From: Felis catus
Taxonomy: Eukaryota
Direction of reading: 5' to 3'
Assembly: GCF_018350175.1 (NCBI RefSeq)
Contig: NC_058382.1
Location: forward strand, 53,260,001-53,324,000
DNA: 64,000 bases
Shown here: positions 37,227 to 50,465 of the stretch, piece after piece
Layout of the letters: every line of letters starts with the position of its first letter
How positions within the stretch are numbered: the first letter of the stretch is position 1
The notes under the pieces: generated by a model
Database searches by the model: none
Told to the model about the DNA's origin: nothing
The model's input: only the letters and a program-made list of their open reading frames with translations
Program-made: the position numbers and the translations under genes

Positions 37227-37487
37227 GGGGTCACCAAACTATGGGACACGGGCCAGATCCCTACTGCCTGTTTTTGTGCAGCCTGGGAACTAAGAACAGT
37301 TTTCACATTTTAGATGGCTTCTTAGCAAAACCCAAGACAGGGTGCCTGGGGGGCTCAGTTGGTTAAGCAGCCAACTACGGCTCAGGTCATGATCTTGTGG
37401 TCCCTGGGCTCCAGCCCCACATCGGGCTCCGTGCTGACAGCTCAGAACTTCGAACCTGTTTCAGATTCTGTGTCTCCCTCCCTCCCT

Positions 37488-37519
<32 letters not shown>

Positions 37520-37801
37520 GCCCCTCCCCTGCTCGCACCCCGCCTGCCTCTCTCTCAAAAATAAACAGACATTAAAATGAGTTTTTTTTTAACAATCAAA
37601 AGAATATTCTGGGACACATGAAAACTCACGCGAAGGTCAAATTTAAGCGTCCGTAAAGATGATGAATTTGGGCCACACCCAATCACGTACCTATCTGTGG
37701 ATCCTCTCTTGCTCCAGTGGCTGAGTCGAGTAACAAGAAGAGAACACACTGAAAATACTTGCCCTCGGGCCCTTTTACCAAAGGGTTCTGCCTCTCACTG
37801 G
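37227..37801. mobile_element. MER58B-like hAT-Charlie element interrupted by a SINE
   Basis: CAAACTATGG..GGGCCAGATCC..CTGCCTGTTTTTGT 5' part; GAAAATACTT..GGCCCTTTTAC 3' part. Confidence 0.75.
37339..37591 (+). mobile_element. Can-SINE nested in the MER58-like element
   Basis: Complete head, body and tail. Confidence 0.95.
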
Positions 37802-40259
37802 TCCCGAGGGTTGGACCTTGCCCTACCCAATTCTACTATATGCTTCAATTCCACTTTGCTGCCGTGTCTTTTATACTTTGGGATCCTAAGGAACACAGAT
37901 CTTCAAAAAACTGTTTGTAGGATAAAATGCACACTCGTCAGCTGGGCAAAAAGACCAGAGACCTACTCGCTAGGAGACATACCAGGTCCGAAGACCCACC
38001 TGTCCAGATGGCCATTCTGCTGCACCAGCTATCGGGACGAACGCGGGCGTTCTGGAAAACGTCCAGTCCCTCATGCCTCTGAGCCCTTGCACCGGCTGCT
38101 TCTTTTTCTGAAACCCCACGCTCTTCTGACTACCTGGCAAGGTCCCCCTCCTGCCAGGAGACCATTTCCAGTCTTAACTCTTGGTCCTCATGCTTTCTCA
38201 AGGCTCTGGTATCTTGCCCTCGCCCCCACCCCCTGCTCCTCTCCTCTCCGTTTCCTGTTTGGGACACGATCTCAAGCCCTCATCTTTGGGCTTCACTAAC
38301 CACAGACAGCCGGTCCCGGACTTCTTGCTCCTGGACCGTGACTGCCACGGGGGCACGTTTTCTCGGCGGTCACGTTCACCGTGCTTCGCTCCAGGGCTAA
38401 CGCACAGCCGGCAAATGTTGGCTGGCGAGATGAGCGAGCGGGACTGCGGCTCCACGGTCCCCGCTCCAACCCCGGGCTACCAGACTCCTTTCTGCCACAC
38501 CGGTTAGGCTTGGGGGCAAGGGCAGGAAGATGGGACAAGGGCCCCACGCTTCCACGAGACAGTCGAAAGAGCACAGAGGTTTGGGGTGTGGGCCACTCGA
38601 GGTCTGAATTCCCAATTTATAGGACCTTTAAGCCTCAATCTCCCCACCTGTAAAGGGGGCTACTAATATCCCCAACCCGGCAGATTGGGGAGGATTACAT
38701 CGAGCAAGAAAACAAAGCGTTTGGGGCATAGTAGGTGCTCAGAAAATGCCAGCCGTCAGATGGGACGTCTGCCCAGGAAACACACATGGGTCCCTTATGA
38801 GGGAAGAGCCCATTCCTCCACAGGCACCCCGTGTCCAGGGGCTACCTCGGCCCTCTGCCACTCTCCACAAGGCAACAGAAGCTTGCTGTACCTGGCAGTG
38901 GCTGGACAGCCTTCCACAGACCCAGTCCCTCCGTGTCCCTGGCCCAGGAGAGAACATCAGTGAGCAGAGAGGCCAGCGTGAGCCCACCCTTATGCTGCTG
39001 GAGCCTCACGGCAACGCAGTTCCAGAAGCCTCTACCGGGGGAAGCTCCAGCAGATGGTCCAGAGTCAGCCCATGCTCAGAAAGCACCTTTGTCAAAGGGA
39101 CAGCCCGGCATATTGTCTCCGCTACAGGGAGGCTCAGGGCTCAGGGCGCCCAGCAACCCGGTGCCTCCGACCCTTCAAAGGAAGCCCTGGGGAGGGCTGC
39201 AAGTCCCCCATCTCTTTTCCCTGCCTTCTGGAAGGAGCTTAAAGACACCATGTTTCCACAGCACTTGAAGGGGGGGAAGAGATCCGTTGTGCACTCTCAC
39301 CACAGCTCAATACCATTGTGACACCAATGCCCCGCTCAGTTACCGTGTGCAGGCACCACGTGAGTCACGACGCAAGGCTCCCCCAGTGGGACCCTCTTGG
39401 TGACCCCACGAGGCGGGGACCTGGGTCTCCGATCTGCAGAGGAAACGGAGGAGCCGGGAGAGGTCCAGGGACCGAGGAAAGTCACCCACACCTGCACCTG
39501 CGGGTCTCTAGAACCTGTCTCTCAGACACTCGCATCCTTATGCGTAAGGAAGATGGCAGAAGGTGTGCGTGTGAGCCACCACGGGTGCCCTGACGGAGGG
39601 AAAGGCCACCTCAAGGGGACGTGGGGGCTGACCGGAGAGGCTGATCGCAGAACTGGATCACAGTTCTCAAGGTCCGAATGGCATTTCGGATACACCATTG
39701 GTCAGGAGGGAGGACAGGAAAACAGTAAGGATGGATAAGGAGGCTTGCAGAAGCTTGGGGCCCCCTTCGCATCCACTTTTGCTCCTCTGGCTGGGCCCAG
39801 TGACCCCCCCGAGTCAAGTTCTCCTGGGATGTTCACTAGTAAGGGCAACTCCCAAGCCCAACCCTAGTTCTGAAGACAGTTCTCAGGATGGGTCCCAGAA
39901 ACCTGTCCTTGGGACAAGCCCCCACAACTGACTCTTACGTGCTAAAGCTTGCAAACGGTCCTGGACTCATCTTGAACGCTCCCTCAGTTTCTTGGGGCCT
40001 CTCTTCTCCACCAGTCTGTCACCTCGTGTTTGTTTACACCTCCACTCCTGGACCTCCCAGGAGTCTTACCCATGCTGCCCTGGGACGGTACTTCCCGGTG
40101 AATGATGAGTGCGTAATGCTTGCCTCAGGCTCTGTTTTTTGTTTGTTTGTTTTCAGAAACCTGAGCTAAGCCAAGAACCAACACTCTCTAAATGATCGTC
40201 TGTGGTCTCTGAAACACATCCACTGTCCCTTAATACCTTTGATACTCCTTACCTCTCAA

Positions 40260-40390
40260 CAGTGGTGTGATGGGTAATGTTTAACAACCAGCTCTTGGAG
40301 GCTGGGGAAGCCCAGAATTTTAGCATCTGCTGATTTCTCTGGTGTACAGGCTCTCATCTTTGCAGATCATCAGTGTGAGAACTGAGCACA
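40260..40390. mobile_element. MER63-like fragment
   Basis: CAGTGGTGTGATGGGTAATGTTTAACAACCAGCTC terminus. Confidence 0.65.
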
Positions 40391-41805
40391 GACTCGTCAA
40401 CCAGACCTTGAAATTGTTTTTCCGTTCTTCTTCATCCCAAGCACAACAGGTACCTTCGTGTGTTATCTGTACGATCTAGGCCCAATCAGATCATCTCTCG
40501 ATGCCTCAATTTACTCATTTGAAAGAATGGGTATCACTCATCGCCACCACTTTATAGGGCTGTTGATCTGTACGGAGCGCGGAGAACGGTCCTTAACACA
40601 AGGAAAATGCTTCCTAAGTGTCAGCTCTGGTGGGGATTTTCCATTAAGGATTCTCTGCCATCGTTTCCACACAGACAAACTCTTTTCGGCCAGCACTCCA
40701 TTTAACAAACTTCAGCTAGTAAGGTTTTTTGTTTTTTTTTTTTTCCCCCTTTTAATTCAATTCCAGTGTGAATGCCAGCTATATCAGTGCTTGGGCTGCT
40801 GGGGAAGAGCTAGGAAAGGCTTTCCTGCCAAGGTAATTTCCCGAAGTTTCCATTTTTGGAGGAGAAAATGAGACAATGGCCAAGATCAGCGGTTTGAGGG
40901 TAGAGGAGGAGAATACTGGAACTTCTCTGCCAACGGTCTTGTCACAGCGTTTTCCAGTCCTCCAGGGGAGCAGAGGGTCAGTGAATACATCCCTGCCTGT
41001 GAGCAAGAAGCATCCACCAGGAGAGTTAGTCCCGGTGCAGAGCGCAATTGGACTGGGACTCTTTGGGTCCTGGATGCTGGTTGTATGCCTCAACTCGTCC
41101 CCCCGCCCCACTGTTGACTAGTTACATGACCTTGAGCTTGTCAGATTCTCTTTGACTCAGCTTCCTCATTTGCAAACTAGGGATGCAAAAACAGAGGGCA
41201 GCTCTTGAGGTGCTGCAAAGACTACAGGGATGATCTGTCACACCTGACCGTGGTCATCCTTGAGTAATGCCACTTAGTATTACAGAGACAGGGGTCATGT
41301 GTAGTTTCTCACGTACTCAACCAATACATCCTAAGTGCCTGGAATATGCTGAGTACTCCGTGAAGGGGAAGGATACAGGAGGAGCACACAGATGCATCCC
41401 AGGGAGCTGTGCTGTACGTATGTGAAGGAGATGTGCAAATGGCATGGGGCCATAAATCTGAGCCTCTAAGCCTAATTTAAGCAGTAAGAGAAGGCTTCCG
41501 TTGGGAAGCGACCTTTAAGCCAAGGCTGATGGGTGCGTTGAGGAAGGGCCGTGAATATTCCATGATGCGATAGGGGCTGTTGAGGGGAAGCGTATTGCCT
41601 TCTCTCACCCATTTGGTGAAGCTCGGCCCTGGAACCTGACCACTGCATGCAGCGAGCCGGCAGAGGCCATCCAAGCCAACATGTCTTCCGGTGAATCAAC
41701 CAGAAGGTTGGTTTGGTTCGTGGGGGCCATGGTATGAGCACAGTGGTTATTGGAAGAAGTGGAAATCAAAGTGTTTAAGGGATTGCAAACTAAAAAAGAG
41801 GAGCG

Positions 41806-41946
41806 AGGGAGGAAGAGAGGGAGGAAGGGAGGGAGGAAGGGAGGGAGGAAGGGAGGGAGGGAGGGAGGAAGGGAGGGAGGGAGGGAGGGAGGAAGGGAGG
41901 GAGGAAGGGAGGGAGGAAGGGAGGTTGGTTGGTTGGTTGGTTGGTT
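41806..41946 (+). repeat. (GGGA/GGAA)n polypurine repeat followed by (GGTT)n
   Basis: Direct inspection. Confidence 0.97.
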
Positions 41947-43440
41947 CAAGCACCCCCATGTCAAGGAAATTCCAGGGTTTACTGTTGAGTAATCTTCTCT
42001 CCATCTAATCACATTGAATGGATTGGTCTTTTCAAATGACCCTAGTTTAACTCTTTGCCTTTCGGGGTTAAATTTAAAGGTTATTACTGGAACTGATTTC
42101 CTACCATTATTTGTCTTCTCCTTTAGGAGAAAAGGGAATGCTGGATCAAAGTTCTTGGGATCAGTTCCATTATACAAAGAGAGCAGAGCACAGGGGTAGT
42201 TGACTCCCTTAAAGGAGCAGATAATGAGGGATCCGTTGAGCCAAACGGATACTCCCTATCCTCCTAAATCTTGCCACCTAGCTGGGGTTCCGTTCACGAG
42301 GCCAGTGGCTCTCCCGGGGAAAACAAAGCTACAATCTTCCCCTCGGTTCTAGGATTTTGAACGTGGTTCCCTTGTTCGTAGTGGGAGTTCCCTTTCCTTC
42401 GGAAGCTTTTTAAAGATAGGAGATGATCACAGGGTAACCTTCCTGCTTCTTTTCTCTGAAGTTAGGCCCGTTATTCACAAAATGTGCTTATTCTTGGCCG
42501 GACACACGTACTTCTCTTCTGAACCAACAGCCACACCACAAAAGCCTCCGTGAAGGGTGGGTCTCTGCAATCTCGCCTGGTCCCTGTGTGTTTGGGGGCT
42601 GTTGACTTTGATCTAATTGCCATTTCTGAAACCACAGGACAAGCCATCAAACCCAAGTGTCTTGCCTGAGGACACCGGCCATGGTTTGAGCGAGCTTAGT
42701 TATTAACCAAGCTTGCACCACCAACAAGAAAGCCCGGGGAGGCCCCTTGATTCCAGCTACTGATGGTTTGTGCACGCCCTTACCACTCTTCCGAATGAGC
42801 CACTGTTGAAAGCAGACGGTAGTAAGGTTTACCACTTGAATGGCCCTGACCATCCACATAGCAAGAACCCAAAGGCCCCAGTCATCTCCCTCCTCAACAG
42901 TGTGCATCTTTCTGCAAATTCCAGACTCACAACAGCTGGCAAAAATTGGGCCGGGCCTTTCAGAGGGGGAGCCTCAAGGGGCGGACTGCAAAAGCCCCAG
43001 CACCCACCCTGAGCTGCGCACATTCCTTACCTGTTGCCCTGACCACCACCCAGAAGGAAGAACGGGAAACAAATATCAGGTGATTGAAAGGCTTGAGCCT
43101 CGCGCTGTTTTATTGACTTGTCACTGTAGATAAATGGACTATAATTTACTTCAAGAGTAAATTACTAGATGTTCATAAAAAAAAAAAAAAAAACTGTTGT
43201 ACATTACTGTCCCTAATTAAGATGTTAAACATGATTCCATTTTTAAATTGGAGGAGCCACCAGAAATGAAAAATGCTGATGGTGCTGTATTTCACTCCTG
43301 GTTGTTTTTTTTCCCCCCCCCCCCTTCCTCTCCATACATCAGTTAATGGTTTGGATATCGATGAGCACATGTGGCAATGCGGAACATGGGCTCTTGAAAC
43401 TTCTACCCTATCATGGTTTGGGTTCTGTTTGTTTCGTTTA

Positions 43441-43670
43441 TTTTTTTTTTTTTTATAAATTTCTTTTACTTTTATTTACTCATTTTGAGAGAGAGAAAGA
43501 GCACGCACGCACGCGTGGGGAGGGGCCGAGAGAGGGAGAGAGAACCCCATGCGGGCCCCCCACCGCCAGCACAGAGCCTGACGCGGGGTTCGATCTCACC
43601 AAGTGAGAGATCATGACCTGAGCCAAAACCAAGAGTCGGGTGGTTAACCGACTGAGCCGTCTAGGCGCCC
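43441..43670 (-). mobile_element. Can-SINE
   Basis: Reverse-complement head GACTGAGCCGTCTAGGCGCCC; TSD TTCGTTT. Confidence 0.93.
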
Positions 43671-45514
43671 TTCGTTTGGTTTAATTTGTTTTAGGTTTCT
43701 CCCTTATGTCTATGCCACTAACACTACTCTTTAAAGACATTCCATTAAGTCACATACTGCTTTGGATACTGAGTTGGTTAAATCAGAGAAATCAGGAAGA
43801 CTTGAGAGGGCAGAGGAGGAAACCTATGCAACCTCCCATATGGACATTTCAAATTAAGTAGAACCAATGTAGTGCTTAAAATTAAAAACAGACAAACACC
43901 CATAAGCTACACAGCTAAGAATTAAAAAATAACCTGAATTCTATCGTTTTTCACAAAAATTTGGGATTGTGGGAGAGGTCTGAAGAGGCGCTGACCATGT
44001 TCTCCAAAGCCAAGGAAAGGGAGAACAATGATCCTCAAGATTCCAAATGGAACTCAGTGGGTGAGCAAAGAGGGGGTCTATCTGGGTGCTTGACATGAGT
44101 TTCCCCCCCACCAAAGTTAGGAATCCCCAGGAGAACTCTTTGCTTTCCCTAGTTCAGAAAATATTTGTGGAGCACCTGTCACATGCTGGGCACCAAGCTA
44201 GGAACAGAGGAGCCCAGAAGGGACACAACAGTGTCTCTGGCCTTGGCATGAGCAGTTTGCCTCCAGCCAGCCAGCTTTCACCTCCTTCCCATCCAGCCAT
44301 CCAACACGTTCCTTATTCTACTTGGAACAACACATTCCCCCGTTCACTGTACCTTCCCCTAACTCCTCCTAGGATAAGGATCCCCCTAGAGATAAAAACT
44401 TCCCCTAGGATAAAGATCCCCCATATCCTAATATCCAGACCAGGTCTGGCCAAGCACTCTGGTCTCAGCCTTTATGGTACTTTGGCCCAACTGAAAAGGA
44501 TCTCTGATTCACATCCAGCTTTGCCAACCGATTGTGAAGCTGTGGATGAGTAGGGACCAGGTTCGTGTTGCTCCCGTCTAAATCTTCCAGCATCCCCCTG
44601 CCCCAACAACAGTTTCTTAATAGGTGACACATTGGGTGGATGCCTAAATTAATGGAAAGAGGAATAAATGAGTGAGTGGACTTTCTTACCATGTCCCAAG
44701 ACCTAGAAGTCAGAGACACAGTTCTTAGCCCTCAACAAAGAATCCAGTTTAAAAGCTTCAAGGTCTATCGGCTAACCGAAGCATGGAACATTCTTCTGTT
44801 ATCTATGCCCCGGATGCCAAGTAACACTATAGAGTATTTCTGAGCCTGGGAAGATAGGTTGTATATTCAGGCCTGGGAGAGTTTCACCCTCTCTCCAACC
44901 CTTGGTGGTAAGCCTCCCTGCTTTGGGGAAGGCCCCACACTTACTGGGAAGCAGCTATCTAGGCCTCTGACCCAGGTCTTACTCCTTGGGAGAACAAGTA
45001 GAAGGGGGAGGAGGAAACATAATCCCACCCAGGGAGCGGCTCTGGCTAGGAGACCTTCATACATGCACCTCCCCTGGTCCAGGAAATACAGTAGCCCCTT
45101 CCTGCCTTCTTCACCCCTTCCTGCTCCCAACACAAACAACAAAACCCAAGAACCCTCCAGGCTTCGGTTTTAAGTGCATACGGATCTACCTGGCAGGAAG
45201 TCCTTAATAGGTCCCTTCTGTTCACCCATCCACGTGACAAATATTAAGCCCACATTATGTGCAGGCACATGTTCTAGGTGTTTCCAGTACACAGGCCGAC
45301 ACTTATCCTCTGGTGGTTCTGCCACACAGGCTGAAGGCGATGGCCGGAAGACAGAGAGGTGCCCAATACCAGACAAAGCTGAAACTCAAGCTGGCACCTA
45401 GTGGTTTTCAACCAGATCCTTCAGATAACTCCTCAAGTCTAGAGCTCACTATGCCGTCCAGCGATGCAACTCTGGCTTCACGAGGCGACCGAGCACTGGA
45501 CAGGTAGCTGACAT

Positions 45515-46143
45515 GTCTGCGGAACAGACTTTTTAATTGTACTTGACTCTAACTACTGTACCTTTAAATTTAAAAACTGAAGTGGCCTAGGGGCACCTGG
45601 GCGGCTCAGTCGGTTAAGCGTCTGACTTCAGCTCGGGTCATGATCGAACAGTCTGTGGGTTCAAGCCCCTTGTCGGACTCTGGGCCGACAGCTCAGAGCC
45701 TGGAGCCTCCTTTGGATTCTGTGTCTCCCTCTCTCCCTGCCCCTCCCCGAGTGCTCTGTCTCTCTCTCAAAACTATATAAAAACGTTAAAAAAATTAGAA
45801 AGAAAACCGAAGCAGCATAAAAATGTTTGTTTTTTTTCCTGTTAAGCACACTTTATTTTAGTCGGACTCCGTGTCACATTAACCACTGAACGTTTAGCAT
45901 CCAGCCTGAGATGCACATCGAATTTCGGGAACCTGACACAAAAAGAAACGGAGGGTAACGTATCTCATCAGTACACTTTTATACTGAGCACATGTTACCA
46001 TACTATTTTGGTGGATTGGGTTTTCAGTATTATAACTGATCTCACCTGTTTCTTTTCACATTTTTAAATGTAAACGTTGCTAGAAAATGGAAAATTTTAA
46101 GTGTGGCTCACATTATATTTCTATTGGACAGCAATGCTCTAGA
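45515..46143. mobile_element. hAT-Charlie (Charlie1/MER33-like) relic interrupted by a SINE
   Basis: Terminus GTGGCTCACATTATATTTCTATTGGACAGC..TCTAGA; internal TCACCTGTTTCTTTT. Confidence 0.7.
45590..45803 (+). mobile_element. Can-SINE
   Basis: Complete; TSD-like AAAACTGAAG/AAAACCGAAG. Confidence 0.95.
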
Positions 46144-46173
46144 TGTTTCCATAAATAAACAGCGAGCAAAAAT

Positions 46174-46276
<103 letters not shown>

Positions 46277-47229
46277 GAGGCTGACTGCTTGGATAATCTC
46301 AGCAGAGAGTCCTATCTGATTTCCTATCCGATTCGGACTCCTATCCAATTCCTATCTGTAATTCTGGTCAGGAAGGAGGAAGCCTCTTGCCCCTTATAAA
46401 GTTTTTCATTTTCAAACAGTGTCACCCAGAGTCGTCAGAGCAGAATCACTTGTGTCACCTGGGGAGGCTGGGAAAGGCAACCCCCAAAGGAGTAGCTTAG
46501 GTCTGAAGCTCCTTCTTAATCTATCTAGTTCACAGTCGCACGAAGTGCAAAGGCAGAAAGGGAGAACCTTCCAGGTGGGATCCATCTCAAGTAGAGGAAG
46601 CCCTGCTGGCAACAGAACCCTTCCCCCACCTCCAGGGCCATCCCCTCAGGCCTCCTGGGACTTCCCAGGAAGAGGCTTTCACTGCATAATTAAACGCAGG
46701 GTCCTCAGGGATTGCCTCTCTCTCCACCTTGGCAATTTTTGGATTTGTGGAAGAGAAGGCAGGAAGCGTATTTCCTGGTCCTAGGAAGCAAGCCTGCCTT
46801 GCTGGGATGCTTCTCTCTGGTATCTGTTACCTGCACCGGCCATTTTCTGGTTGCAGGGGGCAGGGAGGAGGACCAGTGAGGAAGGAGTCTGCAGCTGAAC
46901 AAGGTCACGGGTGTCACAGCAGAACCCTCAGCCAGGGGTGGGGAAGCGGCCATGACAGGGTCGTGCTGGCTCATCCAAAGCCCACCCACCTGGGAGTCTG
47001 TCCTGCAGAGAGGGACTTGAGCTTGGCAGCATTCTGAAGGAGCCGGGGAGGCTCGGAGGAGGGTGGGCTGGTCAGGAAAGGGGGTGCAGGTCAGGGCTTG
47101 GGCACTACACTGCCCGATGTCTAGCCCTCCCAGCGGTCCAGCCTAGAAACTTCCTGTGCCTGCCTCACCCTCACCAGTGCCTGGCTGGGAACCTCACGTG
47201 CACAGTGACAGCCTTTAGAACCTGTGGTT

Positions 47230-47365
47230 TGATTTCCAAACGGTCTTTGGCTTTTGGATCCCTTGAGGCTCTGATGAAGATAGGGACCCTCTTTCCAGAA
47301 AAATGGACTTGGACAGAATGATGAATATTTTTAGAGGATTTTATAAAGTCCTTGAAACAGACTCC
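47230..47365. mobile_element. hAT-Charlie MITE fragment (subfamily uncertain)
   Basis: GATCCCTTGAGGCTCTGATGAAGATAGGGACCCTCTTTCCAGAAAAATG resembles a recalled consensus. Confidence 0.5.
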
Positions 47366-47431
47366 TTCAATCAAATGGACCAGTGTAAATCACAAGCTAA
47401 GTAAATTATTTTTGTTTTGCTTTTTCTTTTC

Positions 47432-47630
47432 ATTTTTTCTTTAAAAAAATTTTTTTTAATTTTTTTATTTGTTTTGAGAGAGACAGTGTGCGTGGGGGAG
47501 GGGCAGAGAGCGAGGGAGCGAGAGCATCCCCAGCAGGCTCTGCGCCGTCAGACCTCACAAACCGTGAGATCATGACCTGAGCCTAAGCCAAGAGTCCGAC
47601 TCTTCACTGACTGAGCCACCCAGGCGCCCC
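47432..47630 (-). mobile_element. Can-SINE with internal deletion
   Basis: Reverse-complement head CTGAGCCACCCAGGCGCCCC; TSD TGCTTTTTCTTTT. Confidence 0.94.
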
Positions 47631-49407
47631 TGCTTTTTCTTTTTCAAAAATAAAAAAGACAGGAAAGGAAGTCACCAATGATATTACCAACCTAGTTTTG
47701 TTTGCTTGTTTTTTTTTTTTTTAGGTGCTTCCCATCTTGGTCCAGGTCAAGTTGGATGAGGGTTATACCAAGTGAGAGCTTTAAGAAAGCCAAGTTTTGC
47801 CCCACCCCTGCACCTGTGCTGGGGGCAAGCCAACCTCCCAACATCCCTGGGGTCACACAGCCAGACGGACAGAGGTGGACAGCTACGTCCAGCGGTATTC
47901 TTGGCCACCGTGCTCTCCCGGTCCCCTAGGCAAGCCAGTGCCCTGCCTTCCAGGAGCTCTCCTGGAACCCAGTCACTCACTCTCCCAAGCTCTCACCGCC
48001 ATTCAGCCAAAGATTAGTGCAGCTAGCAGTCAGCACCATTTCAAAGTGACGGTAAGATCTCACCCAGCGCTGGAACAAGGTCTTTACGGACGTCACCTCC
48101 CTCCCCACCATCACCTCCACGAATAGCTTGATATTCGGTATTCCCAATAAATAAATCCCGTCTATAGGTCAACAGGCCTTCCCATGTCTAGGGAGATGTG
48201 TGTGCAAAATGCCTTCCCATTCGCAGAAATAGCACCTTTCAGGGACCAGCCAGTGTCTGTGTGAGCTTCCCTCTCATTTTTACAAGGCTCTCAAAGTGAA
48301 TTTTCCCCTGTGCCGGAGAGCTGGAAGTTGAGCTTAATGTACAAACCTTTATTTTCCGAAGAGGCAGTTTGGCCTTCCTGTATCGACAGACTCCGGAGCT
48401 TAGATTTATTACAGAATGGTAATCACGCAAAAGAATAAATACACTGCATCTTTAATTCATTAATCACCTCAGAAAGCAAAATCAACTACAGTAAAGAAGA
48501 CAATATGTTTTCGAATGCTGGGGGTGGGGGAAGTGGGAACCTGTTCCTCAATAAAATCCAGTTGCTAAAATCCATTTTGTGTGCAGATTAGAGAAAGGAC
48601 GTTTACCTCTGAGGCTGTCGCTAGGACGGGAGCAGGAACTCTCTATACAGCAGGTTTGGTAAGATGGGGATCTCTGGATCGCCCGCGGTCATCCCTAAGG
48701 TCTCCTCCCTGGTGTACCGCACATCGTGAGCCACAGGCTCATGAGAAAACCAGGCACTGGAGTCCAACAGACCTGGGTTCAAATCCCTGCTCAGTCTGAA
48801 AAGTGGGGAAGGTTGGGTGAGGCACTGCCCTCTGTCACTCAGTGCCTTGAGGTCTGTCTACCTATGGGATATGGGTCCGGGGATGTTTTGTCTTCTAAAA
48901 CTTTTCACGTCGCTACAATCTCATTAAAGCAGACCTGTCAAGATGGAAGCAAAAATTAAACATCAGGTTTTGTGAGCGGCCGCATGCATCCGGGCACTTT
49001 GGAAGCCCCATCCGGCTCGGGAGTCTTGGGTCTGGCCTGGATGGCTAAGAGGTTGCCCTATTCCTGCTGTGTTCCTGAGCCCTCGCAACCTGAAAACCAG
49101 AAATTAGCCAACTTTCCACCTATATAACCGGCCTGGCCAATGACGAGTGTGAAGTCAGCATCCTAGATCCTTCAAGGGAGACAGTCAAGGTCTGTGCAAA
49201 GATATAATGGAAGATCAAAGTAATAGTTGTTTATTGAGCATTTTGAGGGATTTTACGTAGATCATCTCCTTTCACGTTTGCAACGATCCTTCAGGGTTTG
49301 GTTCTACTACTGTGCCCATTTTACAGATGGGAGGACAGGTCCATGGAGGTCAAATCCCTCAGCCAACTTTTTATCATGAAGCGGCTCACCCGGGAGGTTC
49401 AGAGCTC

Positions 49408-49722
49408 CAGTGGATCCTTGAACGACACAGGGGTGAGGGACACTGACCCCTGTGCTATCCAAAATCCACACTTAGCTTTTGACCCCCCCACCCAAAGCCT
49501 CCTGTTGACTAGAAGCCTTATGGAAACAGTCGATTAATACATATTTTATATAATATTTGTATTACGTACTGTATTTTTACAATAAAGTAAGCTAAGGGAA
49601 AGAAAATGTTGTTAAATTTTTGAGAAAATAGAGTTGCGATGCTATTTATTGATTGAAAACAAAACAAAACCCTGCCTCTAAGTATACCTGCACAGTTCAA
49701 ACCCCTGTTCAAGGGTGGACCA
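49408..49722. mobile_element. Tigger2-family (TcMar) non-autonomous element
   Basis: Inverted termini CAGTGGATCCTTGAAC / GTTCAAGGGTGGAC; internal TACAATAAAGTAAGCTA..AAGAAAATGTT. Confidence 0.8.
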
Positions 49723-49861
49723 TCTACCGTTTTCTGAGCACTTCCTGCCTACAGCCCTTCATCTACGGGATGCCGTTTATTCTTAGCAACAATCTAGAGA
49801 AAAAAGCGTGACTATTCCCCACTTCATATATGAAGCAAAAGGAAGCTCAGAGGCTTTAAAC

Positions 49862-50028
49862 CAGGGTTGCTCAATCCCAGCATGTCCTGTCTCGTGCCTT
49901 CTAAGGCATTCAACAGCACCCCTGTTCCCCACCCACCCGGTCCCCAAGTCATGACACCCCAAAGCGTCTCCAGATGTTGCTCCTTGCACCGTGGAGAGCA
50001 ACATCACCCCGGTTCAGAACCCACTGCT
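49862..50028. mobile_element. MER20-like hAT-Charlie MITE
   Basis: AGTCATGACACCCCAAAGCGTCTCCAGATGTTGC..ATCACCCCGGTTCAGAACCCACTG. Confidence 0.75.
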
Positions 50029-50084
50029 TCAGACTACTCGTCGTCCCGCAGGGCTGGGAAGGGTGGGTCTCAGACACCTCCGCT

Positions 50085-50465
50085 AGACAGTTTTCCAAAT
50101 GCTGCTTCAGTGACCTTGGGGCAGTGGCTTTTTAAATGGAGCCTCATGCCAGAACCTGAAAACTGGTTCCAAATACAAATTCTGAGCCCCCATACCCAGA
50201 CTGCATAAATCGGGAATTCGAGGGCTGGGGACTCTAGTGGGGGGGGGGGCTGAAACTTGCGAAAGTTGAAAGCCAGTGTCTTACAGCAGCGTGCCTTAGC
50301 CTCGGCTGTGCACTATGATCACCCGGGGACCTTCCAAAAAAAAAAAATTGACACCACTTGGGGATCCTGACTTAGTTGAGCTGGGGTGGGGGGTGAACTC
50401 AGGCACTGGGGTCTTGAAAGCCTTCCAGGTGATCCTCAGGAATAGTTGAGGTTGAGAACCACCGA
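50085..50465. mobile_element. Two adjacent MER5-like MITEs
   Basis: ATACAAATTCTGAGCCCCCATACCCAGAC; CTTCCAGGTGAT..GTTGAGAACCAC. Confidence 0.65.

Noticed and set aside
43031..43124. Additional minus-strand exon with donor CAG|GTAAGG
   Set aside because: Only a mediocre acceptor found upstream; isolated donor motifs are common
48031..48053. miR-29-like sequence CAGCACCATTTCAAAG
   Set aside because: Mismatches the mature miR-29 sequences and has no complementary 5p arm to form a hairpin
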